Below are positions 9,679 to 16,990 of a DNA stretch of 64,000 bases, piece by piece. Position 1 is the stretch's first letter, and each line of letters starts with the position of its first letter. The position numbers were made by a program, and so were the translations under genes. The stretch is from IMG/VR virus record IMGVR_UViG_3300033463_000015, one strand, 5' to 3'. Below the pieces are notes generated by a model, which was not told the DNA's origin, made no database searches, and saw nothing but the letters and a program-made list of their open reading frames with translations. Source of the stretch: a virus. Lineage: Duplodnaviria > Caudoviricetes.

Positions 9679-10163
9679 TTGAAAATCTGCTTTATTATGC
9701 TTCTTTTGGGAGGATGATAAAATGGAATTAAATACCAAACAAAAAGGTAATATTACTGAAATGCAATGTGCCGTTGCTTTTATGTAGCAAGGATACAAAG
9801 TTAGCTTTCCATATGGTGAAGATTGTAAATATGATATGATTGTAGATACTGGTAAACATTTATATCGAGTACAATGTAAAACTTCATCTAAATTACCAAA
9901 TTCAGAAGAAGGATTTAAATTTAAAACTAGATCAACTGTAATTACAACTCATGGAGTAAAAACATCTGGATATTCACAAGAAGAAATAGATGTATTTGCT
10001 ACAATGTACGAAGGTCAATGCTATGTAATATCTGTAAAAGATTGTGGCGTAAATGAAAAAATTTTACGTTTCCAATATCCTAAAAATGGTCAGCATAAAG
10101 GCATTACCTTAGCTGTAGATTACAAATTGGAGCAAACTAAAGCATTTGAGTGATTTTTAAACA
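9679..10163 (+). mobile_element. Endonuclease-carrying tRNA insert with no group I core
   Basis: Ends pair (TTGAAAATC/GATTTTTAA, TGCTTT/AAAGCA); only ~43 and ~10 nt flank the ORF. Confidence 0.7.
9722..10153 (+). CDS. PD-(D/E)XK homing endonuclease (I-Ssp6803I-like); TAG=Gln
   Basis: TKQKGNITE...PYGEDCKYDMIVD...RVQCKT motif. Confidence 0.85.
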
Positions 10164-10206
10164 AAGGAGAAGGTCCCCAGTTCAAATCTGGGTATCGGCT
10201 TCATAT

Positions 10207-10279
10207 GGGGCCATAGTGATAATGGTTAGCACTACTGCCTTGCAAGCAGTGAGTCGGGGTTCGATTCCCCGTGGCTCCA
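10207..10279 (+). tRNA. tRNA-Ala(TGC)
   Basis: Cloverleaf, G3:U70. Confidence 0.9.
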
Positions 10280-10283
10280 CTTT

Positions 10284-10357
10284 CGGGATGTAGCACAGTT
10301 GGTTAGTGCAGCGCTCTGATAAGGCGAAGACCGATGGTTCAAGTCCATCCATCCCGA
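10284..10357 (+). tRNA. tRNA-Ile(GAT)
   Basis: CTGATAA loop. Confidence 0.85.
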
Positions 10358-10363
10358 TTTTAT

Positions 10364-10439
10364 GCGAGGTTAGCTCAGTTGGGAGAGCATCACGTTTACA
10401 CCGTGAGGGTCGGCGGTTCGAGCCCGTCACTTCGCACCA
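10364..10439 (+). tRNA. tRNA-Val(TAC)
   Basis: TTTACAC loop, CCA. Confidence 0.9.
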
Positions 10440-10630
10440 GGCCAATGTAGCTACCGATAAGGAACTATGTCGAAAGAAAAGGCTCCGGAGATGTTCAGTA
10501 GGTTGAGCTCCAGAAATCAAACCTGCAGCCACAATAACCGTTGCTACGCGGGAAAATTGGACGCCCTTTAAAGTTGTTCGCGGTAGTGTGAATAACCTTC
10601 GCCACGGCGAAGTAAAATAGCCGTGGAAAT

Positions 10631-10705
10631 GCGCCATTAGTCTAAGGGATAGAACGAGTGGCTACGGACCACTAGATACGCGTTCGAGTCGTGTATGGCG
10701 TGCCA
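10631..10705 (+). tRNA. tRNA-Arg(ACG)
   Basis: CTACGGA loop, CCA. Confidence 0.9.
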
Positions 10706-10708
10706 TAT

Positions 10709-11061
10709 GGGGTAGTTTTGGTTTCGACAGGTTATGAATGGTATTGAAATCACGGGTAGGCGGCGCACCTTACGCAGCAAACAATTGAACTGACAACGAT
10801 TATTTCTATAGCGAACTAAAGGCTGCTTAATTGCAGTTTCGCGCCTAAACAACAAACCTGCTAATCGGTAAATGTTTGCGGTTCAGAGATAGATTAGTAG
10901 ATTGGCTTCGGGCCAGCTGGTCTTCTCTATTCACAGTCCAACGAATAGAGTGGTGGAAGGATCATTCCCAGTTTGTCAGAACTTAAAACTGACTATCGTG
11001 TAAGTAATTTTCAATATTGGTTGTAGCTTGGACAGGGGTTCAACTCCCCTCTACTCCACCA
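10709..11061 (+). ncRNA. ssrA: tmRNA; tag (A)DNDYFYSELKAA*
   Basis: GGGGTAG...GGTTTCGAC 5' end, T arm and CTACTCC-ACCA 3' end with G3:U; tag ORF 10792-10830 ends in AA. Confidence 0.92.
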
Positions 11062-11064
11062 TAT

Positions 11065-11150
11065 GCGTCGGTGTGTCCAGTGGCGAAGGCAGCGGACTGT
11101 AAATCCGTTACAAAGAAACATCGGTGGTTCGACTCCACCCCGGCGCACCA
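11065..11150 (+). tRNA. tRNA-Tyr(GTA)
   Basis: CTGTAAA loop, long variable arm, CCA. Confidence 0.9.
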
Positions 11151-11153
11151 TAT

Positions 11154-11226
11154 GCTCTGATAGCTCAGTTGGTAGAGCAGTAGACTGAAAATCTACGTGT
11201 GGGTAGTTCAATTCTACCTCAGAGCA
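11154..11226 (+). tRNA. tRNA-Phe(GAA)
   Basis: GTAGA-CTGAAAA-TCTAC. Confidence 0.9.
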
Positions 11227-11234
11227 TTATATAA

Positions 11235-11305
11235 GTTCCATTGGCCTATCGGTGGGGCACGACACTTTTAATGTCGGGAGACAGGTTCAACTCCTGTATG
11301 GGACA
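11235..11305 (+). tRNA. tRNA-Lys(TTT)
   Basis: CGACA-CTTTTAA-TGTCG. Confidence 0.85.
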
Positions 11306-11389
11306 CTTGAGGTAGCGTTGGAGTAATTAACCAACGAGATAATGCGCTCTCCCGCAAGCTCATATAAATTATCAGGAGAGTGATAATAT

Positions 11390-11818
11390 ATGGAGAATAC
11401 TAAAACAAAAGGACAAATTTCTGAAGCAAGAGTTTTATATGAATTTTAGAAGTATCATATACCAGTTTGTCTTCCTTGGGGAGATAATGAACGTTATGAT
11501 ATGGTTGCTGAATTTGATGGTAAATTTAATCGTATTCAAATAAAAACAGCTAATTAGGAAGAAAACGGTGCTGTATGCTGTTGGGCAAGAAGCTCAACAA
11601 ATCACACAACTAATAAAAAATTATCATCATATGAAAATGATGTTGATTACTTTGTCTTTGTTAATCAAACAAGGGACTGGCTAGCACTTGTGCCTATTGA
11701 AGAATTAAATGGGCAGAAAAGCATACGATTACGAATTAATCCACCATTAAATACTAATGGTAAAACTATAAGGTATTTTTCTGACTTCACATTTGATAAA
11801 AAATTTAATTCTCATTAA
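11390..11818 (+). CDS. Free-standing PD-(D/E)XK homing endonuclease; TAG=Gln (absent from ORF track)
   Basis: MENTKTKGQISE...PWGDNERYDMVAE...RIQIKT; paralogous to 9722-10153. Confidence 0.85.
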
Positions 11819-11837
11819 AATAAAAAGGAGAAAAAAT

Positions 11838-12005
11838 ATGCCAAAGGTAGGAGACAAAGTTCGTATTCTTTTTATGAGTGGTGAATCTCAGTATACTGGT
11901 CGTGTAGGTATCGTCAAATTCATTGATGATATGGGTTATATCCACGGAACTTGGGGCGGTTGTGCGCTAATTCCGGGAGAAGATGAATGGGAGATTATTG
12001 AATAA
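11838..12005 (+). CDS. Small protein (DUF4314-like)
   Basis: KVGDKVRI...G.V.FIDD.G.IH..W pattern. Confidence 0.6.
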   Translation: MPKVGDKVRILFMSGESQYTGRVGIVKFIDDMGYIHGTWGGCALIPGEDEWEIIE

Positions 12006-12016
12006 TCTCCCTATAT

Positions 12017-12090
12017 AGGGGTATCGTTCAACGGTAGGACTACTGACTCCAAATCAGCCAATCTGTGTTCAAATCGCAGTACCCCTGCCA
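12017..12090 (+). tRNA. tRNA-Trp(CCA)
   Basis: CTCCAAA loop, CCA. Confidence 0.9.
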
Positions 12091-12093
12091 TAT

Positions 12094-12168
12094 GCATATG
12101 ATGCTCGTCGGCCGGGTGGCGGCCTGCAAAGCCGCTGTTAGTAGGTTCAACTCCTACCATATGCTCCA
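12094..12168 (+). tRNA. tRNA-Cys(GCA)
   Basis: GCGGC-CTGCAAA-GCCGC, U73. Confidence 0.85.
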
Positions 12169-12267
12169 GATGGAGCCATTACGCTCAAGAGTTAGTATCA
12201 GCTGCTACGGCTCAAAGAGTAAAACAGATATTGCAAATAATGATGGTAAAGGCACTCCTCACCATAT

Positions 12268-12339
12268 GCCCCATTAGCTCAACGGACAGAGCCCGCGCCT
12301 TCTAAGCGCGTCATATATGTTCGACTCATATATGGGGTA
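12268..12339 (+). tRNA. tRNA-Arg(TCT)
   Basis: CGCGC-CTTCTAA-GCGCG. Confidence 0.9.
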
Positions 12340-12382
12340 CTAAGCCGCAAGGCTAAAAATAAAATAAAAGAGGTAAAAATAT

Positions 12383-12922
12383 ATGGCAGATACAAGACTA
12401 AAGATTCTACCACCTTGGACTATTGCTATTAGAAAGCTAGAAGCTCTATTTGATGGAGACCCACAGATTGCTTTTAATTGCGATTTCTCTGGTTCCCATC
12501 CAACTGTAGTTCTATCCTGTAATAATGGCGATAAGGTTACAGCACTACTTCAGATTCTTCCAGAAGAAATTAACTTTGGCAATGTTAGCCTAAAGGTTGT
12601 TGTTGATGGCACGCCAAGCAATCGTGCTTTCACCAGCAAGGTCGAGCTATTTGATGTAGCTTTCAAGGGCAATCCTTCTTATGCTTATTCCGTATGCCCT
12701 GTTGAGGAAGGCTATCAGTGGTTTGACACTACTTATGTAGTATTTAACAACTGTGTAGTACAGTTCGCGGCTGACAATCTAAACGATTGCCACGGCGTTA
12801 TCAGCACACTATATGAAACCATTGCTGATGAACTTCTAACTGGCCCCGCAACCGCTGGTGTATACTATAACACTAATGTTGAACGCGCCAATCTTGGCAT
12901 GCCTCTTGGCGAGTGGCCATAA
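12383..12922 (+). CDS. Hypothetical protein
   Basis: 179-aa ORF with RBS. Confidence 0.7.
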   Translation: MADTRLKILPPWTIAIRKLEALFDGDPQIAFNCDFSGSHPTVVLSCNNGDKVTALLQILPEEINFGNVSLKVVVDGTPSNRAFTSKVELFDVAFKGNPSYAYSVCPVEEGYQWFDTTYVVFNNCVVQFAADNLNDCHGVISTLYETIADELLTGPATAGVYYNTNVERANLGMPLGEWP

Positions 12923-12929
12923 TCCTTAA

Positions 12930-13056
12930 AATGCGGTGGCGGAATAGGTAGACGTCGTAGTTCCAAATCACAGGCTGAGTCGTAAAGGGACGAATAAAAC
13001 TGGCGAGCGAGAGCTGCCTGATCTCGTATGCGAGGTGCAAATCCTCGCCCGCATTA
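12930..13056 (+). ncRNA. tRNA-like RNA with an expanded domain replacing the anticodon arm
   Basis: Acceptor AATGCGG/CCGCATT, Leu-type D arm, GCGAGG-TGCAAAT-CCTCGC; ~75-nt branched central domain. Confidence 0.6.
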
Positions 13057-13057
13057 T

Positions 13058-13130
13058 GCCGAATTAGCTCAATTGGCTAGAGCCACCGCCTTGTAAGCGG
13101 TAGATACGGGTCCGAGTCCCGAATTCGGCT
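13058..13130 (+). tRNA. tRNA-Thr(TGT)
   Basis: ACCGC-CTTGTAA-GCGGT. Confidence 0.88.
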
Positions 13131-13151
13131 TTCAATTTTAGGAGGCATAAT

Positions 13152-13649
13152 ATGTTTGATATTGAAGAAAATAAGCGTCTCTGCGACACATATCCCTTCC
13201 TTATTCCCTTCAATCGCTTCAGCGGCAAGCGTATTAACTGTGGCGAAAAAGGTTACTGGCCCGGTAATCCTGATGAGTATCCGCCAGAATGGAACTATGA
13301 ATATACAGAACTTGATGATATGCCAGATGGATGGCGTGATGCTTTTGGTGAACAATTGTGCTTTGAAATTAAACAAGCTTTGCTTGATGAAGGTGGCGAA
13401 AAGCTTCTTGATGAGTATCGCGTTGACCAAATTAAAGAAAAATATGGCACTTTAAGATGGTATGATAATTTTAGCACCAAACGCATTCAAGATATTCTTG
13501 AAAAATATGAAAATTTAAGTGCTCGCACTTGTATTAAATGCGGCAAGCCTGCTACTAAATTAAGCCGCGGGTGGATTGCCCCTTGGTGTGATGAATGCGG
13601 CAATGATGAAGATGAAGCGTATATGAGTTTAGACAATGCTTTTATTTGA
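13152..13649 (+). CDS. Conserved phage hypothetical protein with C-terminal Zn ribbon
   Basis: QIKEKYGTLRWY...TCIKCG...WCDEC. Confidence 0.75.
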   Translation: MFDIEENKRLCDTYPFLIPFNRFSGKRINCGEKGYWPGNPDEYPPEWNYEYTELDDMPDGWRDAFGEQLCFEIKQALLDEGGEKLLDEYRVDQIKEKYGTLRWYDNFSTKRIQDILEKYENLSARTCIKCGKPATKLSRGWIAPWCDECGNDEDEAYMSLDNAFI

Positions 13650-13789
13650 CTTTTGATAAAAAATTTGATATAATATATATAGAAAGTAGGAAATCAGCGA
13701 GTTCTCCCACGAATAAAGTTAGCGCTGTAAAGGGTGGGAACGGTAGGCAGATAGAAGTTGTGAGGTCGCTGATAGGCAACAGATGAAAT

Positions 13790-14052
13790 AGCCCCGTAGT
13801 TGAATGGTACAACACCGGTCTCTAGCCTTAATTGGAGCCTTATATGGAGACGTATAAGTGAAAATGCCGCTAATTCGGTGAAAGCTTAACTGCTAACCCC
13901 GAGCAAGGAGAAATCCGTGTGTAGAGACTTTACACGGCACATCTAGAACAGATGAAGATAAAGTCCGGACCACGATGTGAAAACAATGTGGTGAAGAAAA
14001 CCGTAATATCCCTCTGACGGAGGTTGTCTGGGTTCGAATCCCAGCGGGGCCG
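13790..14052 (+). tRNA. Amber suppressor tRNA(CUA), intron-containing
   Basis: Exons 13790-13823 and 13997-14052 give CCGGT-CTCTAAA-ACCG; long variable arm. Confidence 0.85.
13824..13996 (+). mobile_element. Compact group I intron (173 nt)
   Basis: U.G pair at 5' splice site (CTCT/GGAG), P3 TGCCG/CGGCA, P4 TTCGG/CCGAG, P7 GACTTTA/TAAAGTC, terminal G. Confidence 0.88.
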
Positions 14053-14054
14053 TC

Positions 14055-14203
14055 GCGACACTGTAGGCTTAGAAGTAGCCATCAGCTAAAGAGTTTATAT
14101 GCCTCCATTCGTGCGAAATGTATTATGGGCTACAAAAATTGTCCTATAAGTATGATGTGCGGTGGACAAAAGGTAAAATAATTTGGTGTAATAACACAGT
14201 CGC
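14055..14203 (+). ncRNA. 23S rRNA H43/H44 (uL11-binding) mimic RNA
   Basis: TGTAGGCTTAGAAGTAGCCATCAGCTAAAGAGT...GTGTAATAAC closed by GCGAC/GTCGC. Confidence 0.7.
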
Positions 14204-14233
14204 ATTTTAGAAGCGTGAAAACGCTTCTTGTAT

Positions 14234-14367
14234 CTGGGTGTAGCGCAGTTTGGTAGCGCATCAGATTTGAAAATCTAGCATAACGGTAATGCTTTATATC
14301 AGAGTTCGATTCTCTGGATTTTCACGGGATCTGAGGGTCGTGAGTTCAAATCTCACCACCCAGACCA
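14234..14367 (+). tRNA. tRNA-Pro (TGG or CGG) with a 57-nt tRNA-like insert in the anticodon loop
   Basis: CTGGGTG/CACCCAG-ACCA, TCAGA/TCTGA anticodon stem; insert ~14269-14325. Confidence 0.85.
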
Positions 14368-14535
14368 ACAGGATGGCATGAAACCTGTCACAATCTGCAT
14401 AGCTGAGTGTAGATAAAAACATGCCTATCAGCATTTAGCGCCGTTGGGAACCTTATGGTGGAAGAGCCCTACAAGAAAGAGGCCGAGTAGTATCCGCAAC
14501 TCTTCCGGCGCATTTTTTTATTAAAAGGAGAAAAT

Positions 14536-14946
14536 ATGATAGCAAATATTTGTGAGCATTGCCAACACTTTTTAGAAGATCAAGCAGAATATCATTATTG
14601 CCATGTATGTAATATGGATCATAGTTGTTTTTTACTAAAAAACAAAGAAAAAGTTTTTTATCGTGTAATTACATTTTGTAATTTACCAAAAGAAGATGAC
14701 AATTTTCCACCAGACTATGACACACCAGCTTATTATGAAAATAAAGATGATGCTATTCAATGTGTAAAAGAAAATTGCTGTGATATTTATGAGGGTAGCT
14801 ATCCAGCCGCAATGGTAATTGAAACTGGATTTGGATGCTATCCATATTGCCCCAATCGTTGGTACTTTGAATGGGAAGGCGATTGGAGAACTGGTAAGTA
14901 TGTGCAAAAAGAAGAACCTAAATCATTGGAGCATTGGGGACTATGA
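14536..14946 (+). CDS. Cys-rich hypothetical protein
   Basis: ORF with RBS. Confidence 0.65.
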   Translation: MIANICEHCQHFLEDQAEYHYCHVCNMDHSCFLLKNKEKVFYRVITFCNLPKEDDNFPPDYDTPAYYENKDDAIQCVKENCCDIYEGSYPAAMVIETGFGCYPYCPNRWYFEWEGDWRTGKYVQKEEPKSLEHWGL

Positions 14947-14958
14947 AAGGAGATAATT

Positions 14959-15321
14959 ATGGGATACTATACTAGTTATAATCTTGATGTAAAAGGCGTT
15001 GAAAATAAAGAAAGATTTGAAGAATTGCAAAATGCACTAAAACAAATTGGCGTTATATACTATGCTTTAGATAGTGGTGAATATTTAGAGAAAATTAAAC
15101 TTGCTTCATTTTATACTTATGATTCTGCAAAATGGTATGAATATAATGATGATATGAAAAATCTTTCACTTATTTTTCCTAAATTTCTTTTCTGTCTCGA
15201 AGGAGTGGGAGAAGATTGGGATGATAGATGGCGTGCATATTATCATTATGGAGAAAGTGAATTTTGCCCTGCTCAAATTATATTTAAAGAACCAGAACGA
15301 ATTAAATGGAGCGAAGAATGA
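14959..15321 (+). CDS. Phage hypothetical protein
   Basis: MGYYT...KWYE...LEGVGED, RBS. Confidence 0.7.
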   Translation: MGYYTSYNLDVKGVENKERFEELQNALKQIGVIYYALDSGEYLEKIKLASFYTYDSAKWYEYNDDMKNLSLIFPKFLFCLEGVGEDWDDRWRAYYHYGESEFCPAQIIFKEPERIKWSEE

Positions 15322-15761
15322 AAATTTACACTTCTTATTGGGCTATGGTACGTCATTTTCCTACCAATCTTATTGGTTTAAATACTACAATTTGGCCTCC
15401 TAAATGGCGGCCACTAGGTAAAGACGCAAGAGGTGTCATTGTTATAGACTGCCCGCCCCTTAAACCCGGAGCCGCGTGTGAAGGTTTATGTAATGGAAAA
15501 TGTAGCCCTAAACATCCACAAGATTGTGAGTTTCTAAATGTATATCAGCGGCAACTAGATGAAATTGATTTTAATCAATTTATGAACTCATTACAAAAAT
15601 TACACGATAAGATTTGTGCTGAAGAAGGATTTGAGGATGTAGATTTTGCTCTCATTGTATATGAGACACCGCAGAATCATTGTAGCGAGCGTTTGCCACT
15701 ATGGATATGGCTTCAAATGAATGGTATTGAACCTCAGGAATTTAACAAAAGTAGTATTTGA
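15318..15761 (+). CDS. Hypothetical protein (DUF488-like)
   Basis: MKIYTSYW...YETP..HCSER. Confidence 0.55.
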   Translation: MKIYTSYWAMVRHFPTNLIGLNTTIWPPKWRPLGKDARGVIVIDCPPLKPGAACEGLCNGKCSPKHPQDCEFLNVYQRQLDEIDFNQFMNSLQKLHDKICAEEGFEDVDFALIVYETPQNHCSERLPLWIWLQMNGIEPQEFNKSSI

Positions 15762-15815
15762 CAATTATAAAAATTATGATATAATATAATTGAACAAAAG
15801 GAAAGGAGCATTTAT

Positions 15816-16399
15816 ATGAAGCCTAGGGTAATCAAGAATCGCATCGAGTTTAATCTGTATCCTGATGAGGATAGCTATCAGCAGGCTGTAAGTCTTGGTT
15901 TTGATGTAGATCAGGATATGCCGCTTGAAGCGCTTCATCGTATGTGCCGTTATTTTGCGCTATGTCTAGGTTTTGCAGAATCTAGCGTAGATGAGATGTT
16001 CGGTGAAGAAAGTTATAATGACCTCTGTTGATATTGACCGACTCTTTAAAGATTTAATTAATTATTGGGGTACAGCTCCATTTGGATTTGTACTCGCGGC
16101 AATCGCAGACGCAGAACAAGCGTGGGAAGAAGAAAACTACGATCGCATTGTAGAATGGGCAGTACAAGAAGGATTTAATTTGGAGGATTATTATGTTTAA
16201 GTATAAGGTTCATTACTGGGATGAAGTTGAAAATAAGAATCTTGATGATACTGGTCTTGTCGCCGCAAAGTCTTGGGGCAAAGCAGTCGAAAAGGTTCGG
16301 GAATATTATGGGCCTAAGAATGTATATAGTATTACCGTTGAGGAATGGGATGAAGTTGTATATGCTGAAGAGGTTCTTAATGGACTAACTGAAGAGTAA
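15816..16399 (+). CDS. Three small acidic hypothetical ORFs (15816-16031, ~16018-16200, 16193-16399)
   Basis: Overlapping ORFs after promoter 15758-15785. Confidence 0.6.
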
Positions 16400-16419
16400 T
16401 CGCGGCGAAAGCCGCATAT

Positions 16420-16705
16420 GCGGGTATGGCGGAATAGGCAGACGCCACAGACTTTAATAAAAAGAGCACTAGAATAGGAAACTTTCTGAGTGAATGCTGG
16501 CTAATTCGGTGAAAGTCCTTATGGGATAACGCCGAGCTAAATGGTTTAAAACCTAAATGTGTAGAGACTATATACCAGCCACCTAAATCATAAGATATGG
16601 TGAAGACATAGTCCAGACTACAACGTGTAAGCGGCCATAGTAATATGGAGTAGTAGGAAAATCTGTTGCCCTCTGGGCGTGCCGGTTCAAGTCCGGCTAC
16701 CCGTA
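16420..16705 (+). tRNA. tRNA-Leu(TAA), intron-containing
   Basis: Exons 16420-16454 and 16658-16705 give ACAGA-CTTAAAA-TCTGT. Confidence 0.9.
16455..16657 (+). mobile_element. Group I intron (203 nt)
   Basis: AATTCGGTGAAA, GTAGAGACTAT and ATAGTCC core; inserted after U34 as in cyanobacterial tRNA-Leu(UAA) introns. Confidence 0.9.
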
Positions 16706-16756
16706 CTTATAATCAAAACACCTCCCTTTCTCTACGCGGCGGAAACGCCGCATTAT

Positions 16757-16844
16757 GCCCTCGTGCCGCAGCTAGTGAGACGGGGTAGTCTCAAAAACTA
16801 CTACACAAGAAACATCGTGGGCGCACATCCCACCGAGGGTACCA
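16757..16844 (+). tRNA. tRNA-Leu(CAA), atypical T loop
   Basis: GTAGT-CTCAAAA-ACTAC, T loop CGCACAT, CCA. Confidence 0.75.
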
Positions 16845-16918
16845 GTGGCTTTTAGAACAAAAGAGGTTAGCCTGCGCAAGAACCCATATGTCGTTGCGGT
16901 GACGTGAAGCCGCACCAC

Positions 16919-16989
16919 GCACCATTAGTGTAATGGCAACATTCCTGCCTTCCAAGCAGTAGTTGGCGGTTCAAATCCGCTATGGTGCT
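16919..16989 (+). tRNA. tRNA-Gly(TCC)
   Basis: CTTCCAA loop. Confidence 0.88.
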
Positions 16990-16990
16990 T

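Larger units (their letters stand above)
9642..10203 (+). tRNA. tRNA-Thr(GGT) split by a 485-nt insert (9679-10163)
   Basis: 9642-9678 joined to 10164-10203 gives a canonical tRNA with TCTCC-TTGGTAA-GGAGA. Confidence 0.85.

Noticed and set aside
9679-10163. Group I or group II intron, or IS element, in tRNA-Thr
   Set aside because: There is no room or motif for a ribozyme core, no RT or transposase, and no target-site duplication.
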